A stretch of 64,000 bases of DNA from Candidatus Latescibacterota bacterium (GCA_965203805.1 OZ241917.1:256001-320000); one strand, 5' to 3'. Positions 1-10,179 are shown, counted from the first letter of the stretch. A program made the numbers and translations. Notes: a model not told the origin generated them from the sequence alone.

Positions 1-264
1 CTATCGGAAGACAACAGCGACGATCTCATCGACGTATTCAAGACCGAATGGTACCGGAGCGTCAAATCGGGAATGACGCCGGGCGGCAATCTGAGGACTT
101 ACCGGGAGAATCACGGGTTGACTCAGGCAAGGCTGGGGGAGATGCTCGGCGGTGTTCCTCGCCAGCATATCTCGAATATGGAGCGGGATGTCAGATCGAT
201 CAGCCTGAAAACCGCACGCAAGTTGGCAGAGATATTCCGTGTGTCCCCCGATAAGTTCATTTGA
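1..264 (+). CDS. XRE-family HTH protein (HigA-like antitoxin/regulator), 5'-truncated by window edge
   Basis: Frame 1 is open from base 1 (LSEDNSDDLIDVF...) into NLRTYRENHGLTQARLGEMLGG..QHISNMER, a Cro/C1 HTH pattern. Confidence 0.8.
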   Translation, partial: LSEDNSDDLIDVFKTEWYRSVKSGMTPGGNLRTYRENHGLTQARLGEMLGGVPRQHISNMERDVRSISLKTARKLAEIFRVSPDKFI

Positions 265-503
265 CTATCGACGTAACGCCAAGACTTTCAACGAAATGAA
301 GAAAATAGCCGTTGTATTCAATCGTCCTGTCGGTGTAATCCGTCTGTTGCATGCGGCGGATCGATATCTGGAAAAACGCTAAGGGACCAATTCCCGGATG
401 ACGAAGAAGAATTGTACGCATCGTCTGCGGAAGTGACGAGGTCTTCCATTTGCCATGGTGCGTATATACGGCTTGCTCAAGTATCTCAATCGAGGATTGA
501 AAT

Positions 504-1823
504 ATGCCCAGGATAGAAGGATTCCGGGTCAAGAACTTCAAGGTACTCAAAGATGTGACACTGGGCCGCCTCTGGAACCAGAGGCGAATTAAGCCACTTG
601 ACCCCATGACAGCCGTTATTGGCAAGAACGGCGTTGGAAAGAGTGCGTTGTTCGATGCATTCGGATTCCTTGCGGATGCCCTCAAAACGGGCGTCGAAGA
701 AGCTTGCGATGCACGCGGCCGGGGCGGATTTGAGAAACTGCGTTCACAGGGGCAAGCTGGTCCAATCGGGTTTGAGGTGTATTATAAGGGACATGTTAAC
801 TCCCGGCCCATCACTTACGAGATTGCGATTGACACGGACGAGCATGCCCGCCCGTATGTGTCGCGCGAACGTCTGAGACAGAGACGAAGAAACCAAAGGT
901 ACGGACGCCCCTTTTCGTTTTTGTGGCTGGATGACGGGAGTGGTATCGCATGGAAAGGGGAGGAGGGTGACCAGGAAGATAGACTTGAGAAACTGCATGA
1001 AGACGCGATGGGGCAAGACGACCCTGAGGTGAAGCGATCGAAATTGTGGGAGATCGTAGAGCTAATTAGAAGAGAAGAGCCCAATGAGACCGAGCAAATT
1101 GAACTGGAAGATCGACGCAGGCTTGGCATCGCGACTTTAGGCGCCCTGAAACAACATCCCAGAATCTCTGCCTTCAGGCGTTTTATCGAGGGATGGTATC
1201 TCAGCTACTTCACGCCCGACGCTGCCCGAAGTCTGCCGCTGACCGGACCCCAGAGCCGTCTCAGCATCCACGGCGACAATCTCGGCAACGTCGTTCAATT
1301 CATGGAACGCGAACACCCTCAGCGGTTTAAGGCCATCCTGAAAGGGATTGCAGACAAAATTCCGGGTATCGATAGGATCGACACAGAAAGATCCAATGAC
1401 GGACGGTTGTTGCTCCGCTTCAACGATAAAGGTTTTCAGGATCCGTTTTACGCTCAGCAGATGTCCGATGGAACACTGAAGACTTTCGCCTATTTGCTGC
1501 TCCTTGAAGATCCTAGCCCGCCTCCATTTTTGTGTATAGAAGAGCCTGAAAACGGCCTGTATCACAAGCTCCTTGAAACTTTGGCGAGCGAATTCCGTGA
1601 ACACACCAGGAACCCGGGAAGCGGATCTCAGGTTTTTGTGACCACCCATCAACCCTATTTTGTCGATGCACTAGAGCCGGCCGAAGTTTGGATCCTCGAG
1701 AAGGGGACGGACGGTTTCTCAACGATTCGCAGGGCGAGTGACGATCCAATCGTGAACAACATGGTCGAAGAGGGTCTGCCACTGGGCGGCCTCTGGTTCA
1801 GCGACTATCTGGACGCGAGGTGA
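504..1823 (+). CDS. ABC-type AAA ATPase (AAA_21/AAA_15-like, OLD/AbiEii-related)
   Basis: N-terminal IEGFRVKNFK, Walker A GKNGVGKS, signature MSDGT, Walker B CIEEPENGL, H-loop VTTH. Confidence 0.9.
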   Translation: MPRIEGFRVKNFKVLKDVTLGRLWNQRRIKPLDPMTAVIGKNGVGKSALFDAFGFLADALKTGVEEACDARGRGGFEKLRSQGQAGPIGFEVYYKGHVNSRPITYEIAIDTDEHARPYVSRERLRQRRRNQRYGRPFSFLWLDDGSGIAWKGEEGDQEDRLEKLHEDAMGQDDPEVKRSKLWEIVELIRREEPNETEQIELEDRRRLGIATLGALKQHPRISAFRRFIEGWYLSYFTPDAARSLPLTGPQSRLSIHGDNLGNVVQFMEREHPQRFKAILKGIADKIPGIDRIDTERSNDGRLLLRFNDKGFQDPFYAQQMSDGTLKTFAYLLLLEDPSPPPFLCIEEPENGLYHKLLETLASEFREHTRNPGSGSQVFVTTHQPYFVDALEPAEVWILEKGTDGFSTIRRASDDPIVNNMVEEGLPLGGLWFSDYLDAR

Positions 1824-1827
1824 TCGG

Positions 1828-2478
1828 ATGCACTTTGAGATACTCGTGGAGGATATTTCCGGAAAAAAGGCGCTGGATATCCTGGTACCAAAGATCGTGA
1901 GCAAAGAACATACATTCAGGGTCATCGGTTTCAGAGGAATCGGCCACATTCCCAGAAACCTGAAAAGTGGGACCGCCGTGACAAACCGCCTTCTGCTCAA
2001 TCAACTTCCCAGGTTACTCAGGGCCTACGGGAGGACGTATGCGGGAGGTCCAACAGACCATCCTGCAGCAGTGATTCTTGTCTGCGACCTGGACGATAGG
2101 TGTTTGAAGAGATTTCGTCAACGGTTGATCTCGGTTTTGAATGCGTGCAACCCGAAACCGACAACGCGGTTCTGTATCGCCATCGAGGAAGGCGAAGCCT
2201 GGCTGCTTGGAGACGATTCGGCGATTAAACGTGCGTATCCGAATCTCAGGGAGACCGTGCTGAATGGATACAAGAACGACTCGATTTGCGGTACCTGGGA
2301 AGTTCTGGCTGACGCTGTATTCACCGGTGGATCAACTGCGCTCAAGAGTGGTGGTTGGCGGGCAGTAGGGACGGAAAAATCCGCGTGGGCCGAGAGAATC
2401 GCACCGCTGATGGATGTAGAGAACAATGCATCGCCCAGTTTCTGCTATTTTCGAGAGAAGCTTCGTGAACTTACCTGA
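1828..2478 (+). CDS. DUF4276-like TOPRIM-related protein, partner of the upstream ATPase
   Basis: Motifs ILVED, VCDLDD and IEEGEAWLLGD, C-terminal SPSF; starts 4 nt after the ATPase stop. Confidence 0.75.
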   Translation: MHFEILVEDISGKKALDILVPKIVSKEHTFRVIGFRGIGHIPRNLKSGTAVTNRLLLNQLPRLLRAYGRTYAGGPTDHPAAVILVCDLDDRCLKRFRQRLISVLNACNPKPTTRFCIAIEEGEAWLLGDDSAIKRAYPNLRETVLNGYKNDSICGTWEVLADAVFTGGSTALKSGGWRAVGTEKSAWAERIAPLMDVENNASPSFCYFREKLRELT

Positions 2479-2513
2479 GTATTCAGCGCGGGTGGAACGA
2501 TTGAGGTGAATCT

Positions 2514-2738
2514 ATGTACAGCAAGGCGATCAGCCGGAATCCCGACGTTCTCGGCGGCGCCCCCGTATTCTCCGGAACGAGGGTACCGATACGAATTCTG
2601 ATGGAATACCTGGAGGCCGGGGACCGGCTCGACGACTTCCTCAACAGCTACCCCACGGTGACACGCGACCAGGCGATTGAAGTCCTCAAAACCGCGAAGA
2701 TGGCGCTGGAGGGGGATCCGGATGAAGCTGTAGTTTGA
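2514..2738 (+). CDS. DUF433 family antitoxin (VapB45-like)
   Basis: ISRNPDVLGGAPVFSGTRVPI...DDFLNSYPTVT pattern; SD GAGGTG upstream. Confidence 0.9.
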   Translation: MYSKAISRNPDVLGGAPVFSGTRVPIRILMEYLEAGDRLDDFLNSYPTVTRDQAIEVLKTAKMALEGDPDEAVV

Positions 2739-2829
2739 CGAGTCCATGCCCAGACCGCTTGTCGGCAGAGTGGTCGATATGGTCACTGGTGACCTGCAAA
2801 GAAGTATCTATCGGATTAGGATAGGCTAG
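2722..2829 (+). pseudogene. Remnant of DUF5615/VapC45-like PIN toxin (stop at codon 4 plus internal deletion)
   Basis: Reads MKL*FDESMPRPL-VGRVVDMVTGDLQRSIYRI; overlaps the end of DUF433 as cognate toxins usually do. Confidence 0.7.
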
Positions 2830-2900
2830 GTTTGCTCGCAATTGAAGTCACGTACTCGCAGGGGTATGTCATCGCCTCTATTGGGATAAACACGGAAACC

Positions 2901-4163
2901 ATGAACGATCTGTTCAATAAATCCAGCGACACTTTTCGCATAGTACACACTGCGGATTGGCATCTGGGAAAAACCCTGAACGATCAATCTCGGGACGAAG
3001 AGCACGCGATGTTCCTGCACTGGCTGCTCGGGGTAATTGAAGAACGTGAAGTCGACGCTCTGATTATAGCCGGGGACGTGTTCGACGCCGCAAATCCGCC
3101 TCAATCCGCACAGTCCCAATATTACAACTTCGTGTCGGAACTTTACAGGAACACCACCTGTTCACTCATCGTGATTGGCGGCAACCACGACTCGCCCGCA
3201 CAACTGGAAGCGCCGCGGGAGGTGCTGCACGCGCTCAGGGTTCACGTCGTGGGTTTCATGGCCGAGAAACCGGCAAGCTGCCTCATTGTGTTACCTTCAG
3301 CCGAAAATCCAAGCCTTGTCGTCGCGGCGATTCCGTTTTTGCGAGACAGGGATATCAGAACGGGGCACGCCGGTCAGGATGCGGAAGACATTCGAAGGGC
3401 GATTACCGAGGGCATATTGCGGCGTTACGCGGAGACCGCAGAAGCCGCAGACAAGTGGGCTAAGCAAGGAGTACCGATATTGGTAACAGGCCACCTAACT
3501 GTCACGGGTGCCTCAGATTCGGACAGCGAAAGGGAAATTCATATCGGTGGTCTTGGCGCCGTTAGCGCTGACGCCTTTCCCGATATCTTTTCTTACGTTG
3601 CCCTGGGACATCTGCACCGGCCGCAAAAGCTGGATATGCGGGTCGGTTACTCCGGATCTCCGATTCCATTGAGCTTCAGCGAAGCAAACGACACGAAGCA
3701 GATTCGGATACTGGATTTCGCGGATGGCGAGATGATTGCGCAGGCGTCAATTCCTGTGCCGGTCTTCCGCCGACTGGCTCAGATTCGTACTACGTGGGAC
3801 GGCCTCCCCGAAGCTATCGGGAATTTTGATCCGGTTACAGGAGAACTGCAAACCTGGGTAGAGGTCGTTATCCAAGACGCGGGTACAGGTGAGGATATCA
3901 ACGAGACAGTACAGCGTCTGGTGGAGAACCGAGAATTCGACGTCTTGAAAGTTATGCGTGAGGTGACCATTTCGCGGGTGGGCATGAGCGTTGGAAGCGA
4001 TTCCGCCGACGAAGCTATTGAGAGAATCCTTGAGAGTCCGGCGCAGGTATTCGAGCACAGATTGGGTGAAGAACCCCAATTTAACGAAGAACTGAAGCAG
4101 GAGCTCAGAATCGCCTTTGCCTGGTTACTCGAACAACGTGAGGGGAATGGCGCAGACGTATGA
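2901..4163 (+). CDS. sbcD: Exonuclease SbcCD subunit D (Mre11-like)
   Basis: Phosphoesterase motifs HTADWHLG, GDVFD, GNHD, ALGHLH; start placed at ATG 2901. Confidence 0.93.
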   Translation: MNDLFNKSSDTFRIVHTADWHLGKTLNDQSRDEEHAMFLHWLLGVIEEREVDALIIAGDVFDAANPPQSAQSQYYNFVSELYRNTTCSLIVIGGNHDSPAQLEAPREVLHALRVHVVGFMAEKPASCLIVLPSAENPSLVVAAIPFLRDRDIRTGHAGQDAEDIRRAITEGILRRYAETAEAADKWAKQGVPILVTGHLTVTGASDSDSEREIHIGGLGAVSADAFPDIFSYVALGHLHRPQKLDMRVGYSGSPIPLSFSEANDTKQIRILDFADGEMIAQASIPVPVFRRLAQIRTTWDGLPEAIGNFDPVTGELQTWVEVVIQDAGTGEDINETVQRLVENREFDVLKVMREVTISRVGMSVGSDSADEAIERILESPAQVFEHRLGEEPQFNEELKQELRIAFAWLLEQREGNGADV

Positions 4164-7093
4164 AAATTCAGCGAATCATTATCAAGAATCTGAATTCACT
4201 TCGTGGCCCACACACCATTGATTTCACCGATGAACCTCTGGCAACAGCAGGTCTGTTTGCGATTACGGGAGCCACGGGCGCCGGCAAGTCCACGATACTG
4301 GATGCTATAACGCTCGCCCTCTACGGTCGCGCCGCTCGTTACGGCACCCAGACCAATCCGGAAGACATGATGAGCCGCCATTGCGGCGAATGTTCTGCCG
4401 AAGTCGAATTCGAGGTCTCCACGGGACAATACCGGGCCGAATGGAAACTCCGTCGAGCGCGAGGCAAGTCGGGCGGAAAGATACAGGCGCCAAGGCGCTA
4501 CATCTACGATGCGGACGGCATTGTAATTGCTCAACAGGTACGTGATTGCGACGTTCGAGTTGTCGAACTGACAGGACTCGATTATGACCGATTCGTGAGA
4601 AGCGTTATGCTCGCGCAGGGCGAGTTCGCGCGGTTCCTGAAAGCCAGTGCAAATGAACGCGCTGAGTTACTGGAGTCCCTGACTGCAACCTCGATATATT
4701 CAGAACTGGGCATCCTCACATTCAGGGAAGCAACACGCCGAGAAATTGAACTCAATGCCATAAAACAGGCGCTGGAGCATATTGAGACCCTTGAGGATGA
4801 AGAGCGTAAGGAGATCGACGAGAGCATCGTCGCGTTGCAAACGGAAAGATCCGTGGTTGAAAAGCGCCTCGATAAACAAACCGAAATTGCCGCAAAAATC
4901 GATGCCCTGGAATCGGCGTTAACTCGACAGACGAAAATAACCGAGGACTTGGGAGTCTTGGAAGTACGTAGGAACGAGACTGAATCTGATTTGACACGTC
5001 TCGAACGACATCGCAAGACCGCCCCATTTCAGGACGATCTCATTCGTCTGGATAATGCGGAGGTTGCCGCGCGGATGCGCGAAGAACAGAGACGGGAAGC
5101 GCAACGCGTGCGTGAAATAGGATACCAACAACGCCTGCAGGCAAAACTGGACTACTTCCGGACATTAAAAAACAAAATCGGCAAACTCGAACTGACAATT
5201 CACGGCGCCGACGTACTGGCCCGTAATGCGGGAGAAACTCTTGATGCAGAAAGGGAGTGGTTGGAGACCCACGCAATCGACGCACACCTTTCAGATGGCA
5301 TTGCTGATTTGGCCGTGGAATTGACTGAGTTACGAGCCAAACGCGCGACACTTCGACGGGAGTGGGGGCAATTAAACGACATAACACAGGTATTGAGTGC
5401 CCAGTTCGACTTGCCTGTGGTGCCTCAGATTGAGGGAGAAGAGGAACTGAAGAAGGTACTGAATAGAGTTGCGCGACGATTGGCGCGAGAACAAACCGGT
5501 GCCGAAGCCGAACGTTCATCCGCCGAGGACGATCTCGGGCTTCGGAGAGATCATTTGCACAAGGCTCGATTGATTGCAGACCACGAGACACATCGCGCTA
5601 ACCTTGTCGATGGAGATCCATGCCCGCTTTGCGGCGCAACCGAGCATCCTTACGCGAAAGGGCGCGAGCCAACGTTTCCGTTCGCAGAACTGGAAGCGGA
5701 AGTCGGCAGAGCAACAGAAACCCTTGACGCCCGGACCCAACGTATCTCGAAACTATGCGGCGCGCGTGAGACGCTGAGTTCCCAACAGTCCGTCGTCATA
5801 GATGCCTTTCGTGCCCGGTCTGAATGTGAGGCGCAGCTTTCAAAGCGTCTTTGTCTCTTTGACGTCGGATTGCCGGGTGAAGGGCAGGAGGACGAGACAA
5901 GAAAGACCCTTCAAGGCCGAGAAAAGGAATTCCAGACCCACCGGGAGAATCTCCACAATGCCGAGCAGGCAGTTACTCGTGCGAGAGAAGACGGTAATAA
6001 CGCCCGGGAATTATTCGAAAAAATGACACGAGAAGTTCAGCAACTCGGCGAATGCGATGCCGGGCAACTTGAAATCGAAGACGATGTCGAAGAGTCCCTC
6101 AATGTAGAGGAAGCAGAAAAGGCCTGGCTGGAAAAAGAGACCGCATGTAAAATTCACGACTCTGAACTCGAGACCCGGGTAAGAGAAGCGCATGCCGCTG
6201 GAACATCGCTGCGGAAATCTCGAGAAGCGCTTGAGTTCTGTTTGGCGGGATCGGCTTTCCGCGACCTGGATGAACTGCGCGCCGCAAGGTTGGATCACGA
6301 AGAAGCATCCGGCATTGAACAGATTGAAGTCGATCTCAGAAATCGTGAGCGCGATTTGACAACCCGTCTGAACGTAGCCAAGGAGGAGGCCGAATCCCTT
6401 AGAAACGCAGGAATTCCTGAAGGCGAAAATGCTGTTCGGTTTAAAGCGGAATTCGAAGAATTCCGTAAGTCCAGAGATACGCTGATCGAGCAGTTGAAAG
6501 ACTTGCAAATCCGGATTGAATTGGACGACGAAAACCGTAAAAAACTCGCGGATCAGCAGGAACTGCTGGCTGCGGCAAGAAAGGAAGCGGTGATTTGGAA
6601 CCGTATGCGAGGGCTGATCGGTTCCCACGATGGCGCGAAATTCCGCAAATTTGCACAGAGTATCTCTCTGGACGTTCTCATCCGCCACGCGAATCGACAT
6701 CTGGGTCGGCTGAGCGATCGGTACCGGATTCGGCGGTTCACGGGTGAGGAGCTTCAGCTCGAGATTGAGGACCTGCACCAGGCGGGAGCTACACGTCCGA
6801 TGGCCAGTCTCTCCGGCGGCGAGAGTTTTCTGGCCAGTCTGGCCCTGGCTCTCGGCCTGTCGGAACTAGCGGGACGCAACGTAAGGATCGATTCGCTCTT
6901 TATCGACGAAGGATTTGGCAGCCTGGATTCCGACGTTCTGGATCTCGCCATTGGAACTCTTGAAGCATTGCACCAGCACAACAAGAGCGTGGGCGTCATT
7001 TCGCATGTAGAGCTACTTAAGCAGCGTATCGCAACGCAAATCCGAGTAATAAAACAAACGGCCGGCGAGAGTACCCTGAAAGTCGAATCCTGA
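4160..7093 (+). CDS. sbcC: Exonuclease SbcCD subunit C (Rad50-like SMC ATPase)
   Basis: Walker A GATGAGKS, coiled coil with CPLC zinc hook, LSGGE, FIDEGFGSLD; ATGA overlap with sbcD. Confidence 0.93.
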   Translation: MKIQRIIIKNLNSLRGPHTIDFTDEPLATAGLFAITGATGAGKSTILDAITLALYGRAARYGTQTNPEDMMSRHCGECSAEVEFEVSTGQYRAEWKLRRARGKSGGKIQAPRRYIYDADGIVIAQQVRDCDVRVVELTGLDYDRFVRSVMLAQGEFARFLKASANERAELLESLTATSIYSELGILTFREATRREIELNAIKQALEHIETLEDEERKEIDESIVALQTERSVVEKRLDKQTEIAAKIDALESALTRQTKITEDLGVLEVRRNETESDLTRLERHRKTAPFQDDLIRLDNAEVAARMREEQRREAQRVREIGYQQRLQAKLDYFRTLKNKIGKLELTIHGADVLARNAGETLDAEREWLETHAIDAHLSDGIADLAVELTELRAKRATLRREWGQLNDITQVLSAQFDLPVVPQIEGEEELKKVLNRVARRLAREQTGAEAERSSAEDDLGLRRDHLHKARLIADHETHRANLVDGDPCPLCGATEHPYAKGREPTFPFAELEAEVGRATETLDARTQRISKLCGARETLSSQQSVVIDAFRARSECEAQLSKRLCLFDVGLPGEGQEDETRKTLQGREKEFQTHRENLHNAEQAVTRAREDGNNARELFEKMTREVQQLGECDAGQLEIEDDVEESLNVEEAEKAWLEKETACKIHDSELETRVREAHAAGTSLRKSREALEFCLAGSAFRDLDELRAARLDHEEASGIEQIEVDLRNRERDLTTRLNVAKEEAESLRNAGIPEGENAVRFKAEFEEFRKSRDTLIEQLKDLQIRIELDDENRKKLADQQELLAAARKEAVIWNRMRGLIGSHDGAKFRKFAQSISLDVLIRHANRHLGRLSDRYRIRRFTGEELQLEIEDLHQAGATRPMASLSGGESFLASLALALGLSELAGRNVRIDSLFIDEGFGSLDSDVLDLAIGTLEALHQHNKSVGVISHVELLKQRIATQIRVIKQTAGESTLKVES

Positions 7094-7397
7094 TCGGCCC
7101 AGGTCCAACTTGATTAATGGCTTATGCCGCCGATTTCTCGTTTCGACGACTCTGGATATACCTGGCGACGCGCAAGCTGAGGCCCCGGCCGAGCGATCAG
7201 CTTGAGATGGTAGAACGCCCAAGCGGCTTGCGCCATTGCGCGAAATGCTTGTACACGGCCCTGGCGAGTTCAATCTTGATGTGTTCCGTGGTCAGCCCTA
7301 TGATCCGTCGTTACGGAATTGACGTGATTGAAATACACGACAATCGGATGATGTAAAAACGCCGCCTGGATCTACCGACTCTTTTCGGCAAAATGGC

Positions 7398-7426
7398 TTG
7401 ACATGTTGTATCGGCGTACATACTTT
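7398..7426 (+). promoter_or_regulatory. Putative sigma70 promoter of the 7471-8309 operon
   Basis: TTGACA-17 bp-TACTTT; TGTA-N6-TACA inverted repeat in the spacer. Confidence 0.55.
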
Positions 7427-7470
7427 TTTGTGCATCCGACTGAGTCGTTTCCCATGTAAGGAGGCAGGAG

Positions 7471-7998
7471 ATGTCCGCAGTTTTAGATATGTCTTGTGTG
7501 TCGCAGGTCTCTTCGGTCTGGGCGCAGGGCAAAACGCTTCCAATTAGCGGGAAAGATCGGAGAATAAGGGACCTGAAGCAGAGGATGGCCGATTTTCGAG
7601 AACTGTCATCTCGGACAAGAGAAGCTTTGAGCCGGCTTGATTCTCTGACCCTCGAAGCCGTGCGCGAATTGAGAAGGGGATTGGATTTCCTGGAGAAGAA
7701 TCCGGAAGAATATCTGGTTCTGTGCAATGGTGATGCGAAATCTGCAATCGAGGAGATGAACAGCGCAGAATCAGTCGCTAATGAGATAATCGATGAGATC
7801 TACCCGCTATTGGAATTATGCGATGAATTCGATAAGCCGCTATTCGATTCAACCAGGGGTGTCATAGACAATCTTCGATCGCTTGCAGCATTGATTCGAG
7901 AAGTCCGATGGTATGTCACAATCCTTCAAAGGAAAAACGAGCCTGCAACTGGAAGCACCTATTCGGTGGATGAAGCTATCGCCCAACTGCGGGGTTGA
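7471..7998 (+). CDS. Hypothetical helical protein, probable antitoxin
   Basis: Strong SD (AAGGAGG), overlaps a RelE-like gene, C-terminal GSTYSVDEAIAQL resembles antitoxin tails. Confidence 0.55.
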   Translation: MSAVLDMSCVSQVSSVWAQGKTLPISGKDRRIRDLKQRMADFRELSSRTREALSRLDSLTLEAVRELRRGLDFLEKNPEEYLVLCNGDAKSAIEEMNSAESVANEIIDEIYPLLELCDEFDKPLFDSTRGVIDNLRSLAALIREVRWYVTILQRKNEPATGSTYSVDEAIAQLRG

Positions 7999-8309
7999 AT
8001 GTGCATGGGTATCGATTCCCACCCATCGAACGAATTGAGTACCACAATAGTAGCGTCGAAAAATCCGCCAGAAGATTGCCACAAGAAATCAGAAACAACC
8101 TTGGGAGATTTTACAAAGAACTCCAGGAGCGAATTGACCTCCCGGGAAGGAGGCTCAAAAAAATAGACGACGTATGGACCGCCCGCATCGGGAAGAAACA
8201 TCGGATTGGATTTGTAATCGAAGAAAACAAGGTTCGAATTCTATATGTTGAATCTCATGATGAATCCGACAGGTTTTTAAATAGGGTTCGATCCGGAACT
8301 GGCAGATAA
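7995..8309 (+). CDS. RelE/ParE-family toxin
   Basis: 104 aa, basic; VEKSARRLPQEI..LKKIDDVWTARIGKKHRIGFVIEENKVRILYVESHD fits the RelE fold. Confidence 0.7.
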   Translation: MNVHGYRFPPIERIEYHNSSVEKSARRLPQEIRNNLGRFYKELQERIDLPGRRLKKIDDVWTARIGKKHRIGFVIEENKVRILYVESHDESDRFLNRVRSGTGR

Positions 8310-8388
8310 CACAGGTAGCTCCAAGAATACCGTCCACTTCCAGAAGGCTTTCGGCAGGCGTTTTTTTTATGTACAGAAATGACGCTTT

Positions 8389-10179
8389 CTACCCCTCATA
8401 CCAACCCGCCTGAAGCGCCCACATCCGTGCGTACTCCCCGTTTCGCGCAACCAGTTCGTCGTGGGTTCCGGTTTCGATCAGCCGCCCTTCGCTGAGGACG
8501 AGAATCCGGTCGCACATCCGTGCCGAGCCCAGCCGGTGAGAGACCACGATCGTGGTGCGTCCGCCGGCCATGGCGAGAAATCGCCGGAAGACGTCTGCCT
8601 CAGCCTTCGGATCGAGGGAAGCGGTCGGTTCGTCGAGCACCACGAGGTCGGCGTCCCGCATGAATCCCCTGGAGATCGCAACCCGCTGCCACTCCCCGCC
8701 GGACAACTCCGTCCCGCCTTCGAACTCCCTGCCGAGAAGAGTCTCGTACCCGTCCGGGAGCCGGCCGGCGACGGCGTCCGCCCCGCCCCGGCGCGCCGCG
8801 CGGTCGATCTCGGCCTGTTCGCGCATCCGCTCCCACCGGCCGAGCCCGATGTTCTCACCCAGGGTGAAGGCGAAACGGGTATGGTCCTGGAAGACCGCCG
8901 TGCACCGGTTCCAGAAGAGATCCCTGTCCGCCCGTTCCGCCGGAATGTCGCCGTAGCGAAGTTCGCCTTCCATCGGTCGGAACAGTCCCAGCAGTACCTT
9001 GACGAGGGTGGTCTTGCCGGACCCGTTCTCGCCGACCAGGGCGACCCGCTCGCCGCGTCGGATAGCCAGGGTGACTCCGCTGAGTGCGTGACGCTTGGCC
9101 TGGGGATATCGGAAGGAGAGGTTCCTGACTTCAATGGTCCGTCCCTCGAGCGATGTGATGGCGGCTTTCCGGGGCGGCTCTTCCGGGCCGAGGTCGAGGT
9201 AAGTGAACAGGTCGGCGATGTTCAACAGTTGGATGGCAAGAAAGCTCATGCGGTTTACGAGGTGGTCAACGCCTGTACGTACCTGACGCAGGGCGACCAG
9301 CATTGCCGCGAACTGTCCGGCGGACAGCCCGCCGGCGAGGACCGTCCACGCCGACCAGCCGACGGCGCCGGCAAATGCCGACAGGCTGACGGCAGACAGG
9401 CAGCCACCGGTAGCGTGATGCCTGCGTCTCTGGCGGTACAGGGGGTTTGCGACCTGCCAGTAGAGGTGGTCCCACCACCTGACCAGGACGGGCGCAATGC
9501 CGAAAATCCTCACCTCTTTGGCGCATTCCCTTTCGGTGAGGATACTCTCCAGATATCCGCGCAGTCGATCCTTCTGCGTCTGCCGGCGTTGCAGGTAGAA
9601 CTCGTGCACGTTATGGTAAAGGCCGGCAAGCGGCGGCGGCAACGAGACGAGGACGATTGCCACGAGCAGGTACGGATCCCAGAACCCGACGACGATGCCC
9701 ACGGAAACCGCGGTCAGCCCTCCGGTCAGGATCCGGTAGATCGCGCCAAGCAGGTTCAAGAAGAAGCCGGGCGTCGCCGCCACCTGTGCGCGGCGCAGCA
9801 GGTCGTGGAAATCGGCCCGCTCGAACACATCCAGACGGAGAGACCGGGACTTGATCTGGAGTTGCTCGAGAAGGCGGTCTTCCATCTCCTGCTTCAGCCG
9901 CTCCAGCAGGATGGTCCGCGACCACGTCCGGAGGCCGGTCTCGACGAGGGTAACGGACGCCCAGCCCGCGAGCCACGGCAGCATCGAATCGACGGGCGCC
10001 AGACCCTGGTAAACACCGACGCCGCGATCGAACAATTCCCTCACGATCCAGACCGTCGCGGCCGGCAGCAGGCCGGACGTGAACTCCAGAACCAGGGACG
10101 TAACCGCCCGCCATGGATCGGTGCGGATCATCCAGCCAAGGAACCGGATGAGGGTCCGGGGCCCGCGAGGACGCAGCAT
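8389..10179 (-). CDS. ABC exporter, fused permease/ATP-binding subunit
   Basis: TM domain plus GENGSGKT, LSGGEWQR, VLDEPT; the long ORF-track 5' extension overlaps the next gene, so start placed near 10179. Confidence 0.9.
   Translation of the reverse strand: MLRPRGPRTLIRFLGWMIRTDPWRAVTSLVLEFTSGLLPAATVWIVRELFDRGVGVYQGLAPVDSMLPWLAGWASVTLVETGLRTWSRTILLERLKQEMEDRLLEQLQIKSRSLRLDVFERADFHDLLRRAQVAATPGFFLNLLGAIYRILTGGLTAVSVGIVVGFWDPYLLVAIVLVSLPPPLAGLYHNVHEFYLQRRQTQKDRLRGYLESILTERECAKEVRIFGIAPVLVRWWDHLYWQVANPLYRQRRRHHATGGCLSAVSLSAFAGAVGWSAWTVLAGGLSAGQFAAMLVALRQVRTGVDHLVNRMSFLAIQLLNIADLFTYLDLGPEEPPRKAAITSLEGRTIEVRNLSFRYPQAKRHALSGVTLAIRRGERVALVGENGSGKTTLVKVLLGLFRPMEGELRYGDIPAERADRDLFWNRCTAVFQDHTRFAFTLGENIGLGRWERMREQAEIDRAARRGGADAVAGRLPDGYETLLGREFEGGTELSGGEWQRVAISRGFMRDADLVVLDEPTASLDPKAEADVFRRFLAMAGGRTTIVVSHRLGSARMCDRILVLSEGRLIETGTHDELVARNGEYARMWALQAGWYEG

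Noticed and set aside
7195-7300. Minus-strand GLTTEHIKIELARAVY as a UPF0175 antitoxin remnant
   Set aside because: Similarity too short and no start codon or partner
7354-8368. AAAAACGCC / GGCGTTTTT inverted ends flanking the RelE-like module as transposon ends
   Set aside because: Only about 9-12 bp of low-complexity match, and no target duplication evident
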